NCBI GenBank assembly: GCA_963786935.1
Contig: CAWBAN010000001.1
Span: 704,001 to 768,000 of the forward strand
DNA length: 64,000 nt
Source of the DNA: an uncultured bacterium
Lineage (GTDB): Bacteria > Krumholzibacteriota > Krumholzibacteriia > Krumholzibacteriales > Krumholzibacteriaceae
Reading direction: 5' to 3'
Shown here: one piece after another, positions 9,171 to 18,739 of the stretch
Position numbering within the stretch: the first letter of the stretch is position 1
How the letters are laid out: each line of letters opens with the position of its first letter
Translations under genes and position numbers: made by a program
The notes under the pieces: model-generated
The model's database searches: none
What the model saw: only the letters and a program-made list of their open reading frames with translations
What the model was told of the DNA's origin: nothing

Positions 9171-10282
9171 ATTCGCCCCTCCGTCCATATTCCCGGGATC
9201 GGGTGGCCGCAGTGCCGGCATGCGCCGTCACGCACATCGCAGCGTTCGATCGCGTACCCCTTCCGGACGATGACCGCGCGCGAGCAGTTCGGGCAATACG
9301 TGCTCTCCGCTCGATGCCCCGGGACGTTTCCGACGTACACGTAGCGCAGTCCTTCCTCGCGACACGTCTCGTACGCGGCGTCGAGCGTCGGCACGGGCGT
9401 GGGCGGGAGGTTCTCGAGGCGGTACTGGGGATAGAATCTCGAAAAATGGAGCGGAACGTCGCGCCCGACGTTGGCGGCGATCCAGCGCGCCATGCTCCTG
9501 ATGGAGTCCGTTCCGTCGTTCAGCGTCGGCACGACGAGATAGACGAGCTCGAGCCAGATCTTCCGCTCGCGGATCGCGACGATCGTGTCGAGAACGGGCC
9601 GGAGCGTCGCGTTGCAGATATCGCGGTAGTACGGTTCCTCGAAGGCCTTCAGATCGATCTTGATCGCGTCGACGAGGCCGCACAGGTCGAGGAGCGGCTC
9701 GCGTCGCAGATAGCCGTTCGATACGACGACGCTCCTGATTCCTTTCCCGCGCGCGAGCCTCGCGATGTCCTGCGCGTATTCCATGAACACGACCGGTTCC
9801 GAATACGTGAACGCGATCGTCGGCGCGGCGAGGGATGCCGCCTGCTCGACGATGCGAGCGGGAGACGCATACTGCGTCTCGACGTCCTCCGGCCTCGACT
9901 GGGAGATCTGCCAGTTCTGGCAGAACGCGCAGGTGAGGTTGCACCCGACGGTACCGAGCGAAACGGCCTGCGTGCCGGGGAGGACGTGGAAGAACGGCTT
10001 TTTCTCGATCGGATCGAGATGGAGGGCGCACGGCCGGCCGTACACGAGGCTCAGGAGGGTCCCGCCGCGGTTCTCCCGCACCTTGCAGTGCCCGCGTTCT
10101 CCGGCCCCGAGGCGGCATTGGCGCGGGCAGAGCAGGCACCGGACCCGGGAGCCCTCGAGCTTCTCGTAGTATCGTGCCTCATGCTCGTCCGTCGTCGATC
10201 CGGAGCCCCCGGGGACGCCAAGGGCGGCGGCGGCGATCATCGCGGCCGATCCCTGCACGAAGGCACGTCTCGTGAGCGTCAT
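9167..10282 (-). CDS. amrS: AmmeMemoRadiSam system radical SAM enzyme with Tat-like leader
   Basis: CLLCPRQC, DPIEKKP, GCNLTCAFCQNW (CxxxCxxC), PLHFSRFYP, YVYVGNV, C-terminal CPNC/CRHC; TRRAFV leader. Confidence 0.93.
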   Translation of the reverse strand: MTLTRRAFVQGSAAMIAAAALGVPGGSGSTTDEHEARYYEKLEGSRVRCLLCPRQCRLGAGERGHCKVRENRGGTLLSLVYGRPCALHLDPIEKKPFFHVLPGTQAVSLGTVGCNLTCAFCQNWQISQSRPEDVETQYASPARIVEQAASLAAPTIAFTYSEPVVFMEYAQDIARLARGKGIRSVVVSNGYLRREPLLDLCGLVDAIKIDLKAFEEPYYRDICNATLRPVLDTIVAIRERKIWLELVYLVVPTLNDGTDSIRSMARWIAANVGRDVPLHFSRFYPQYRLENLPPTPVPTLDAAYETCREEGLRYVYVGNVPGHRAESTYCPNCSRAVIVRKGYAIERCDVRDGACRHCGHPIPGIWTEGRI

Positions 10283-11607
10283 GGCGCGCCGATCCGTTGG
10301 AATATCGCCTCGATGCCGGCGGCGGTCCCGGGTGCGAGGGAGCCGAGGGCGTTCGCCGAGGCCGAGGCGCCCCGTTCCGATCCGTCGCTCAGGACGGTTA
10401 TCGCGATGCGATCGATCGCGGTTCCCCGCGCGTCCGCGAGGGAGACGCGGAGGCTGAATGTCTCGAAAACGCCGTCGACGGGGAGCGGTTCCTTGAGAAT
10501 CCGATCGAACGCCGTTTCATTGAGCTTTCGCAGGAGGGTGTTCACCGCGGCCTTCCGGATGGGCGCCGTTTCGCGTCCGGCGATGCGCCATTCCCGACCG
10601 GCTCTCTCGAACACGATCGAGGTGTCGCTCGTTTCGTATCTGAGCGTTCGCGCGGAATCCTCGTCGACGAAGGCGAGGTTCATCGCGCGGAGCCCGGCGG
10701 CGGTCCATTCGAACGGCTCGAGGAGCTTCTCCTCGAGGGCGACGACCGTGCCGAGGCCGGTCCGGACGGCGTAAACGAGATCGTCTTTTCTGTTCCCGAA
10801 GGCGACGGTCATCGTTTCCCGCCCTTCGGTCAGAACGATCTCGCCGGCGGGAGAGGAGAGTCCGTAGGGCGCGAGGTCGCTCGTGTCCTCCCGCGCGAAC
10901 TCGTGAATGACGGCGTCCGTGAGCCGCGAGAGGTACGATTCGATCACGCGCCCGTTCGCGCGCGTCCGTTTCGGCGCGAGGAGCCAGTACCCTGCCTCTT
11001 TCACGAGCCGGATCCGTTTCGAGCCCGAGCGGATCTCGATCGCGTCGATACCCGCGAAACCCTCGGGGAGGAAGTTCTTGTCTCGCAGGTGGAACAGACC
11101 CTTGTTCATGAGGTTGCGCGTGAGCTCGTTCGAGAGAATCACGCTCGGAGCGCTTCCGAGCCGGACGTAGCATTTCGAGCCGGCCGGCGTGGCGTCGCCG
11201 ACGAACAGCGTGTCTGATACGGCGTCTCCCGAGCGGCGCACGATCACCGTCGCGAAGGGCTTTTCGAGGCCGTAGTCGGCGAAATTGCGCACATCGAGCA
11301 GCTCCGAGCTCCTGCTGCCGGGAACGAGCTGGGCGACGAACGACGAGATCTCGGGCCCGGCGCCGCGCGTCTCGACCGGCGCGACGATCTTCCAGCCGGA
11401 GCCGTCGCGGACGACCTCGATGCGCTCCCCTTTCGGATTGACGAGGACGAATCCCTCCACCTCATCGGCGCGATAGGGGAAGAGCTTCGAGCCCAGCGTG
11501 CGTTCCGCGACCTCCCGGGCGCGATGCTTCTCGTCGACGAGGAAGAAGTAGCCGGCGACCACGGCGAGCGCCGAGATGAGAATCCATGTCGTCGCCTTGA
11601 ATTTCAT
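10279..11607 (-). CDS. DUF4340 domain protein (Gld-type ABC accessory)
   Basis: N-terminal TM, repeated YGLxxP units, position after GldG-like gene. Confidence 0.8.
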   Translation of the reverse strand: MKFKATTWILISALAVVAGYFFLVDEKHRAREVAERTLGSKLFPYRADEVEGFVLVNPKGERIEVVRDGSGWKIVAPVETRGAGPEISSFVAQLVPGSRSSELLDVRNFADYGLEKPFATVIVRRSGDAVSDTLFVGDATPAGSKCYVRLGSAPSVILSNELTRNLMNKGLFHLRDKNFLPEGFAGIDAIEIRSGSKRIRLVKEAGYWLLAPKRTRANGRVIESYLSRLTDAVIHEFAREDTSDLAPYGLSSPAGEIVLTEGRETMTVAFGNRKDDLVYAVRTGLGTVVALEEKLLEPFEWTAAGLRAMNLAFVDEDSARTLRYETSDTSIVFERAGREWRIAGRETAPIRKAAVNTLLRKLNETAFDRILKEPLPVDGVFETFSLRVSLADARGTAIDRIAITVLSDGSERGASASANALGSLAPGTAAGIEAIFQRIGAP

Positions 11608-11619
11608 GCCGGTCCTCCA

Positions 11620-13062
11620 TCAGGCGGATCGGCGGCGCCGGATCAGGACGATCGCGCCGACGCAGCCGACGGCCGCGGGCAGAATGACGACGGGGAGCCA
11701 GAACACCGTTCTTCCCTGACGCATGTTCAGCACGACGGGCTGGCTCACCGGATCCTTGGCGCGCACGGCGATGAGATCCTCCTCCTCGGCGAGCCATCCG
11801 ATCGCGTTCAGGACGAGGTCTCTGTTTCCCGAGAGGTCGAGATAGGCGTTGCTCGCGAAGTCGCTGTCGCCGAAAACGACGATTCGGCCGAATCGCCGCT
11901 CGCCGCCGGACGCCCCGCCCCCGGCGGGAGCCGAATCAATCTGCTTCTTCGCGACGGCGGCGACTCCGAGCGGGCCGGGCAAATCGCGTTCCGGTTCCAT
12001 CTGCGTCTTTCCCTCGAGAACCCCGGCGAGATCCGTCTCGCCGAATGCCGAGGCGCCCGTCGAGGCGAGCGTCTCGACCTCGGTCCCCGCCGGCGCTTTC
12101 TTCGCGGCGAGGATCGCGCGGGCCTGCGGGAAGAACGAGGCGACCCTGAAATCGGCGACGATCGGGTGATTGCCGTACTGGTTGACGACGGGCGTGAGAT
12201 GGTTCCCGGAGACGAGCTGCGCGATGCGGTCCACGATGATGCTCCCGGTGATCTCGATTCCGAAGGACGCGGCGATCGCGTCGATCCGCGGAACGTCGAC
12301 AAGCGGATCGACGAGCATGAGAACGCCTCCGCCGGCGGCGAGGTACCGCTCGATCATCCCCCGCTCGGCATCGTACAGGTCCTGCGCGGGGCCGGCGATC
12401 AGGAGGATCGCGCAATCGGGGGGGATCGAATCTCGCAGGGTTATCAGATTCCTCATCCGGTACCCCTCAGCCTCGACCGCCGCTTTCAAGCCGCTCAGAC
12501 CCTCGGCCTGGGCGTCGTCGATCGATTTCTCGCCGTGTCCCGTGAGGCTGCAGATGACCTTTGCGGCGCCGCGCGTCACCTTGAGGATGGCGTTGGTGAA
12601 CTTCTCTTCCGTGATCTGCGAGAACTGCTCCTCGGCGCCGCCGCTCTGGACGACGATCGCGCCGTAGTTCCTGATCCGATACCGTCGCGCGGCGACCGGA
12701 TCCTTGTCCGGATCGATGAACGAATACTTCACCCGCGGCGTTTCGCCGGCGTACGCGTCGAGCAGGTCGGCGACCGTGGTGCGCGCCGGCGAATCGCTCT
12801 TGAAGAAACACGTGAATACGACATCCTGCGCGAGCCGGTCGAGAATCTTCGTCGTCTGCGGAGAGAGCGAGAATCGCCTGTTCGCGGTCGTATCGAACGA
12901 CGCGCCGTGGAACGCGGCGAGCGTCTGCAGGAAAATGAGTATCGCGGCGAGAACGACGATCGATACGGCGGCGTTGACGCCGAGCCGCGCGCTCCGTTTC
13001 GCGCCCTCGCTCCGCGCGCCGGGAAAGCCGAAACGGTCGAATATTCCCCTGCGCCGTTCCAT
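11620..13062 (-). CDS. GldG-family ABC transporter auxiliary protein
   Basis: DTTANRRFSLSPQT, FIDPD, GHGEKS, VFGDSDF, NAIGWL, C-terminal TM. Confidence 0.85.
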   Translation of the reverse strand: MERRRGIFDRFGFPGARSEGAKRSARLGVNAAVSIVVLAAILIFLQTLAAFHGASFDTTANRRFSLSPQTTKILDRLAQDVVFTCFFKSDSPARTTVADLLDAYAGETPRVKYSFIDPDKDPVAARRYRIRNYGAIVVQSGGAEEQFSQITEEKFTNAILKVTRGAAKVICSLTGHGEKSIDDAQAEGLSGLKAAVEAEGYRMRNLITLRDSIPPDCAILLIAGPAQDLYDAERGMIERYLAAGGGVLMLVDPLVDVPRIDAIAASFGIEITGSIIVDRIAQLVSGNHLTPVVNQYGNHPIVADFRVASFFPQARAILAAKKAPAGTEVETLASTGASAFGETDLAGVLEGKTQMEPERDLPGPLGVAAVAKKQIDSAPAGGGASGGERRFGRIVVFGDSDFASNAYLDLSGNRDLVLNAIGWLAEEEDLIAVRAKDPVSQPVVLNMRQGRTVFWLPVVILPAAVGCVGAIVLIRRRRSA

Positions 13063-13064
13063 GA

Positions 13065-13835
13065 TCAGCTCCTCCAGCGCGACGATTCGAGCGATCGCAG
13101 CGTCATGAAGAGGAAGAAGGCCGTGAGGAAGACGTAGTAGGTGACGTCCTCCAGGTCGATGATTCCCTTCGAGAACGAGTCGTAATGCTCGAGCAGGGAC
13201 AATTGCGAGAGCAGCTTCGCGAGCGTGGGGCCGGCGAACGGAGACGCCCATCCGATCACGAGGAACAAGAGCGACACGCCGAAGGTCGCGGCCCCCGCGA
13301 CGATCTGGCTGCTCGTGAGCGAGGAGAAGAAGATGCCGATCGCGATGAAGCTCGTGCCCATGAGGAAGAAGCCGAGATAGGTCGTGACGACGGGGCCCGG
13401 CTCGGGATTCGAGAAGACCGCGAGCATGACGGGGTACAGGAAGGTGCCGGCGATCATGACGCCGAACACGGTGAGCGCGGCGAGATACTTGCCCATGACG
13501 GCGGCGAAATCGCTCAGAGGATAGGTCAGGAGCAGCTCGAAGGTGCCCTGCTTCCGCTCCTCGGCGAGGAGCCGCATCGTCAGCAGCGGCAGTACGAAGA
13601 GGAGCACGACGCTCACGTTGCCCATGAGCGGCCGCATGACCCCTTCGATCAGGTTGAGCCCCGCGGCGAGGTACTGTTCGCGTCCCGCCTGGTACGAGAG
13701 GTAGTTGTAGTATCTGAAGATGCTGTAGAAGAAATATCCGGAGAGCGCGAGGAAGCTCCCGATCACGACGTATGCCGTGACGGACTGGAAATAGTGCTGC
13801 AGCTCCTTGCGATAGACGGCGGCAAGCTTACTCAC
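13065..13835 (-). CDS. ABC transporter permease (GldF-like)
   Basis: KELQHYF, PLLTMRLLAEERKQGTFELLLT, GKY; multiple TM helices. Confidence 0.9.
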   Translation of the reverse strand: MSKLAAVYRKELQHYFQSVTAYVVIGSFLALSGYFFYSIFRYYNYLSYQAGREQYLAAGLNLIEGVMRPLMGNVSVVLLFVLPLLTMRLLAEERKQGTFELLLTYPLSDFAAVMGKYLAALTVFGVMIAGTFLYPVMLAVFSNPEPGPVVTTYLGFFLMGTSFIAIGIFFSSLTSSQIVAGAATFGVSLLFLVIGWASPFAGPTLAKLLSQLSLLEHYDSFSKGIIDLEDVTYYVFLTAFFLFMTLRSLESSRWRS

Positions 13836-14784
13836 CCGGGCTCACCTCCTCCGTGACGAGCTGCAGGAATATCTCCTCGAGGGAGAGCTCCTCGCGGTAG
13901 ATCTCGAGCAGCGGGAGCTTCGCCGCGACGAGGGCGCGGGCGATCGTCTCGCGCAGGTCCGCCGCGGGGGCGCACGTGACGGCGAATCCGCCCGTCCCGC
14001 GTTCGGGGGGCGTTCCGTCGACCGTGATGACGCCGGGGAGCGCCGCGATGGCGCGTTCCGCGCGCGCGAGCGCGTCTCCCTCGTCCCGCAGCGCCACGCG
14101 CACGACGGACGACGTCGCGAGGCGGGAGCGGAGGTTCTCCGGCGTGTCGACGGCGACGAGCCTCCCGCGGTTGATGATGATGACCCTGTTGCAGACCTGG
14201 CTCACCTCGGGAAGGATGTGGCTGGAGAGGAGGACGGTCTTCTCTGTGCCGAGATCCGTGATGAGCTGCCTGATTTCTATGATCTGCTTCGGATCGAGTC
14301 CGAGGGTCGGTTCGTCGAGAATGAGGATCTCGGGATCGTTGAGCGTCGCCTGGGCGATGCCCACCCGCTGCTGATACCCCTTCGAAAGGGTGCCGATCGT
14401 CCGGCGGGGGACCTGCTGCAGCCCGCAGCGCTCGAGCGCCCGGTCCACCGCGCCGCGCCGCGCCGCGGGCCCGATCCCCTTGACCCGGGCCACGAAATCG
14501 AGGTAGCCGGTCACGGTCATGTCCGTATACAGCGGATTGCGCTCGGGGAGATATCCGACGCGTCTGCGGACCTCCATCGACTGCTCGATGATGTCGAATC
14601 CGCAGATCTTCGCGGTGCCGTCGGTCGGGGGGAGATAGCACGTCAGCATCTTCATCGTCGTCGTTTTTCCGGCGCCGTTCGGGCCGAGAAAACCGAGGAC
14701 CTCTCCCGTCTCGACCGTGAAGTCGAGGTTGTCGACGGCGACGGTGGCGCCGAACCGTTTCGTGAGGTTCTGAACCTGGATCAT
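13828..14784 (-). CDS. ABC transporter ATP-binding protein (GldA-like)
   Basis: GPNGAGKTT, LSKGYQQR, ILDEPT, SSHIL. Confidence 0.93.
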   Translation of the reverse strand: MIQVQNLTKRFGATVAVDNLDFTVETGEVLGFLGPNGAGKTTTMKMLTCYLPPTDGTAKICGFDIIEQSMEVRRRVGYLPERNPLYTDMTVTGYLDFVARVKGIGPAARRGAVDRALERCGLQQVPRRTIGTLSKGYQQRVGIAQATLNDPEILILDEPTLGLDPKQIIEIRQLITDLGTEKTVLLSSHILPEVSQVCNRVIIINRGRLVAVDTPENLRSRLATSSVVRVALRDEGDALARAERAIAALPGVITVDGTPPERGTGGFAVTCAPAADLRETIARALVAAKLPLLEIYREELSLEEIFLQLVTEEVSPGE

Positions 14785-14855
14785 CGGAGCCCCCTCCAGG
14801 GTGCGTTTTCCGTGAATTGCGCCGTACGAGCGATCACCGTAACCTGTGGCAAATA

Positions 14856-14884
14856 AATCTATGAATATTCGTCGAACATGTCAA
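14856..14884 (-). promoter_or_regulatory. Sigma70-type promoter for the ABC/amr operon
   Basis: Minus strand TTGACA-N17-TAGATT. Confidence 0.65.
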
Positions 14885-14959
14885 GGGAAGCGGAGAATTC
14901 TCTTTACGTCCGCAACGAAGGGCACCTATTATCCGTAGATAAGGCAGAAACGGAGTCGA

Positions 14960-16048
14960 ATGGGCTACCAGATATCGAGACGGCGGATCCGTCGGGGGCT
15001 TCAGATCTTCACGATCGTGAGCCTCGGCAGCGTCGTGGCCATTTTTCTCCTCACCCATTCGCACCTGACGTGGGAGGCGCTCGGCCGCATCGAGCCGTTG
15101 TGGCTCCTCTGCGCGGTCCCGTTCATCGCGCTCGATTGGCTCGGCGGAGGCTATCGCCTCTACCTGTTCAGCCGCGTGTTCCATCCGAGCATCCGCTTCA
15201 AGACGTGCGTCAAGGCCAACCTCGCGAATTATTTTCTCGGCGCGATCACTCCCTCGCAGACGGGCGGCGGTCCCGCCCAGGTGTACATGCTGTACGTCGG
15301 CGGAATGCCGGCCGTCGAAGCGACCTCGGCGAGCCTCATGTCCTTCTTCAGTACGACGTTCTTTCTCATGATCGCGGGCGCCGGGATCCTCGCGTTCCGG
15401 GGGAGCCTGCCGTTCTCGGGCGGGTATCTCGCCCACCTTTTCGACGCGGGGATGCTCTTCTTCCTCGGGATCGCCGTTCTCATGGCCCTCGCGCTCGTGT
15501 TTCCCGGTTTTTACCGCGAGCTCTCCCGGATCGTCGTGCGCATCGTGTCGCGCGTTCGGAAAAAGGACTACCTCCGCGCCGGCGGCGTCGCGCACCGCGC
15601 GATCGACGCGATCGACCGATGCCACCGGCAGCTCATCCATTACGCGCGGCGGCATTCGCATATCTTCCTTGCCGGCATCGTCGTCACCGCCGTGTGTTTC
15701 CTCTCGAAGTTCGCCGTCGCGTACCTGATCGTCCGGAGCCTCGGGATCGAGGCGTCCTTCGTCCATGTGGCGCTCCTTCAGATGGTGATCGTGCTCATCA
15801 ACTATTTCTTTCCGACGCCGGGGGCGAGCGGCGCAGCCGAGCTGAGCGCGGCCGCGCTCATGTCATCGGTGGTTTCGAAGGGGCTCATCGGTTTCTACGT
15901 TATCCTGTGGCGGATGCTCGCGACGTACGTATCGGTGGCGGTGGGAGGGGGCGTGGTGCTTCACGAGCTCGGGAAGCGCGAGAAAGTCGACGTCGACGAC
16001 ACGATCGCGGAGGACGTCCCCGAGCCGGAGGCCGTCGCGGCGAAATGA
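14960..16048 (+). CDS. Lysylphosphatidylglycerol-synthase TM / YbhN-type flippase-like membrane protein
   Basis: AITPSQTGGGP, PTPGASGAAE, LWR motifs; many TM helices. Confidence 0.85.
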   Translation: MGYQISRRRIRRGLQIFTIVSLGSVVAIFLLTHSHLTWEALGRIEPLWLLCAVPFIALDWLGGGYRLYLFSRVFHPSIRFKTCVKANLANYFLGAITPSQTGGGPAQVYMLYVGGMPAVEATSASLMSFFSTTFFLMIAGAGILAFRGSLPFSGGYLAHLFDAGMLFFLGIAVLMALALVFPGFYRELSRIVVRIVSRVRKKDYLRAGGVAHRAIDAIDRCHRQLIHYARRHSHIFLAGIVVTAVCFLSKFAVAYLIVRSLGIEASFVHVALLQMVIVLINYFFPTPGASGAAELSAAALMSSVVSKGLIGFYVILWRMLATYVSVAVGGGVVLHELGKREKVDVDDTIAEDVPEPEAVAAK

Positions 16049-16081
16049 AGCGCAGGGGCTGCCTGCGAAGAAAGGGCCGAA

Positions 16082-16558
16082 ATGCGGAGAATCATTCTGG
16101 GTCTGTCGTTGCTCGCGGCGTGCGTCCTCGCTCCGGGGGCCGGGCGTGCCGGTGAAAACACCCTATACTCGGTGCTCTTCCCCGGGTGGGGGCAGATACG
16201 GACGGGGCATTACGGGCGCGGCGCGCTCTTCATGAGCGGAGAGCTCGTGGCGCTCACGACGCTCGCGATCGCCGATATCCAGTACGACCGAACCGTCGCA
16301 CAGTACGACCGGGCGAAAGAGGAATATCTGGGCGCGTCCTACATCGGGGATGCCGTCGACGCGTACGAGCTCATGAACGATCGCTGGAACAGCGCGGAGG
16401 ATCTGCAAACGGTGCGGCAGGCGGCGCTGTACGCGGCGATCGGCATATGGGTCGTGAATATCGCGGATATGATTCTCTTCGACGGGGAGGGAGAGCCTCC
16501 CCTCTCGATCACGGCCCGGCCGGGCGGTTTCCTCGTGACGGGCGCTCTGTCGTTCTGA
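16082..16558 (+). CDS. Hypothetical exported/membrane protein
   Basis: Signal peptide, SVLFPGWGQ motif, C-terminal Phe. Confidence 0.7.
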   Translation: MRRIILGLSLLAACVLAPGAGRAGENTLYSVLFPGWGQIRTGHYGRGALFMSGELVALTTLAIADIQYDRTVAQYDRAKEEYLGASYIGDAVDAYELMNDRWNSAEDLQTVRQAALYAAIGIWVVNIADMILFDGEGEPPLSITARPGGFLVTGALSF

Positions 16559-16574
16559 CGAAGGGGAGTATGAA

Positions 16575-16964
16575 ATGAAATCAATCGCATGGTTCGTTCT
16601 GGCGGGGATCGCCGCCCTGTGCGTTTCGTGCAGCGCGGAGCATCAGGATCTGCCCACGGGCTTCGCGTACGATCCGCCGGCGACGCCGGCCGGTCTCACC
16701 GTGACGGGGGGCGAGGAGCAGGCGACGATCAGGTGGAGCTTTCCCGCGGTCGAGCGCTCGTCCGTGGGCGAGTTCAGGGTGTACGAGTATTACGAGTCGT
16801 ACGATATGATCGAGCTCGTCGGCACGACGACCGATACCGTGTTCGTGGATTCGCTCCTCATCGGCAACCTCGGGTACTGCTATAAGGTGTCGGCGGTCGA
16901 TACGGCGGGCTTCGAGGGATACCGTACGGCGAGCGTCTGCGCGTTCGTGAGGAGCAAGGACTGA
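16575..16964 (+). CDS. Lipoprotein with fibronectin type III-like domain
   Basis: LCVSC lipobox; PPATPAGL...W...YCYKVSAVD pattern. Confidence 0.75.
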   Translation: MKSIAWFVLAGIAALCVSCSAEHQDLPTGFAYDPPATPAGLTVTGGEEQATIRWSFPAVERSSVGEFRVYEYYESYDMIELVGTTTDTVFVDSLLIGNLGYCYKVSAVDTAGFEGYRTASVCAFVRSKD

Positions 16965-17012
16965 TCGCGCCGGAGCCGGGCGGGAGCCCGGGGCATCGAG
17001 ATCGACGGCAAG

Positions 17013-17050
17013 GCGGAAGGGAGCGGATCGGGCCGCTCCCTTCCGTTTTA
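17013..17050 (+). terminator. Intrinsic terminator
   Basis: 14-bp stem GCGGAAGGGAGCGG/CCGCTCCCTTCCGT followed by TTTA. Confidence 0.8.
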
Positions 17051-17067
17051 TTGGCACAGAAGGTGCA
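17051..17067 (+). promoter_or_regulatory. Sigma54-type promoter
   Basis: TTGGCACAGAAGGTGCA (GG-N10-GC) 33 nt before ATG 17100. Confidence 0.55.
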
Positions 17068-17099
17068 ACGCGTCGTTCGACTCATTTCGAGGTGCCGAT

Positions 17100-17678
17100 A
17101 TGCGTTCCGATGCCGATCGCGAGAGAGCGCCCGCGCAGGAGCCGCCGAATCCGCACGATTTTCCCGCGGGAACGGGAACGAGAGCGTATCGCGTCGTGCT
17201 CGACGATGTCTCCTCGGGAATCGAGACGGTCGACTCCTTCGCCATCAAGTTTTCGCTCCTCACCAAATCGCCGCTCGCGCGAATGAAGCACATCGCGCGG
17301 CGGTTGCCCGCGACGGTCTGGGAGGGCCCGGGCCGGCCCCGGGCGGAGCGCGTCCTCTCGCTGATCGAAGAGGCGGGAGGGAAGGGTCGCATTGTCGAGA
17401 CCGGGATCGCTCCATCCGACGCCCCGGAGCGTCGTGAGTCCTCCCCGAAGTCCGTCACCGCTCCCTCGGTCGCGCCGGCGTGCGCAATGTGCGGGTTCCC
17501 CATGAAAGCGGGCGAGACGCGGTGCGGATTCTGCATGACGAAAGCCGGCGGCGCGGAGCGTGTCGATCCCCTGCCGGTTTCCGAGCCCCCCGCGCGAAAA
17601 TTTTCCCGGACGCGCCTTCTCTTCTTCGGCGCGTGTTTCGTCGCCGGCGTGACGCTCATCAAGCTATTCCTGCGATAG
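17100..17678 (+). CDS. Hypothetical protein with zinc ribbon and C-terminal TM helix
   Basis: CAMC...CGFC, C-terminal hydrophobic helix, GAGGTG RBS. Confidence 0.6.
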   Translation: MRSDADRERAPAQEPPNPHDFPAGTGTRAYRVVLDDVSSGIETVDSFAIKFSLLTKSPLARMKHIARRLPATVWEGPGRPRAERVLSLIEEAGGKGRIVETGIAPSDAPERRESSPKSVTAPSVAPACAMCGFPMKAGETRCGFCMTKAGGAERVDPLPVSEPPARKFSRTRLLFFGACFVAGVTLIKLFLR

Positions 17679-17703
17679 TCCGCGCGCGATCCTGCGGTCC
17701 TAT

Positions 17704-18597
17704 CTAGAAGAGGGCGCCCTCCTCCGGATCCTCGGCCGCGATGCCGCGGAGCGCCGGATACGCCCGCACGAGCGCGGCGGGCATCCGCTGCCGCTCACGG
17801 GAGAGCAGGTGTTTCATCTGGAAGGCGTTCACGAGCGCCTGGGCGCGGAAGTGGTTGTTCGTGATGATATAGAGGGCGTCCGATTTCGCGGCGATCCGTT
17901 CGGCCCGACGCCGCCATTCCTCCATCTCGTCGTCCCCGTAGAGGTAATTGTAGCGTTCGTCGCGCCCGGCGCCGCTCCGCGCCCAATCGGCGCGATTGCG
18001 GCCGTGCAGGCGGATGTAGGCGAAGCGGCGGTCGGTCACGATCTCCGTCGGCGGCATCGACGCGCCGACGGCCGGCTGGTCGATGTTGCAGTACGCGAGG
18101 CCGTGCCTGGACAGGAGCTCCTCGGCGGACGGCGTGTTCCACGAGCCGTGGCGGAGCTCCACGGCCGTCGGGTATTCGCCGAACCAGCTGCCGAGGTCGG
18201 CGAGAAGCCCGCGGTTCTCGGGGGAATCCCGGAACGACCACGGGAACTGGAGCAGGAATCCGGCGACCGCCTTCCGCGCGATGAGCTCGTCGAAGGTGTG
18301 GACGAATCGCTTCGCCTCGTCCGCGGTGCCCGCCCGTTCGTGGGTGAAGCGCTGGAGGACCTTCACGGTGAAGGCGAATCCGCTCGCGCCGGCGAGGCGC
18401 TCGGCCCAGCTCTTCACGAGGCGCGGGGAGGGGGTGCGGTAGAACGAGCTGTTGAGCTCGATGCAGTCGAAGTAGCGCGCGATCGTGAGCAGCTCGTCGG
18501 TCCTCTTGCCCGGCGGATATACGGGACCGATCCAGTCCGGGTACGACCACCCGGCCGGTCCGATGCGGATCACCGCGCCCGTCTGCACACCTTCCAT
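17704..18597 (-). CDS. DUF72 (YecE-like) protein
   Basis: IGPAGWSYPDW, IELNSSFY, LLQFP, VELRH, YIRLHGRN, YLY, NNH. Confidence 0.9.
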   Translation of the reverse strand: MEGVQTGAVIRIGPAGWSYPDWIGPVYPPGKRTDELLTIARYFDCIELNSSFYRTPSPRLVKSWAERLAGASGFAFTVKVLQRFTHERAGTADEAKRFVHTFDELIARKAVAGFLLQFPWSFRDSPENRGLLADLGSWFGEYPTAVELRHGSWNTPSAEELLSRHGLAYCNIDQPAVGASMPPTEIVTDRRFAYIRLHGRNRADWARSGAGRDERYNYLYGDDEMEEWRRRAERIAAKSDALYIITNNHFRAQALVNAFQMKHLLSRERQRMPAALVRAYPALRGIAAEDPEEGALF

Positions 18598-18739
18598 CGC
18601 GAGGACCTCCGCCGCAGGATAGCGCGCCCGGCCAGCTTTCTCAACGGCTTTTCGATCCCGGCGCCCGCGGGCGCGCGGGCTTCGCGGAGCGGCGTTTTTC
18701 CCGCTGGCAAATATCCCGGGATTCGCGTATAAGGTCGGT

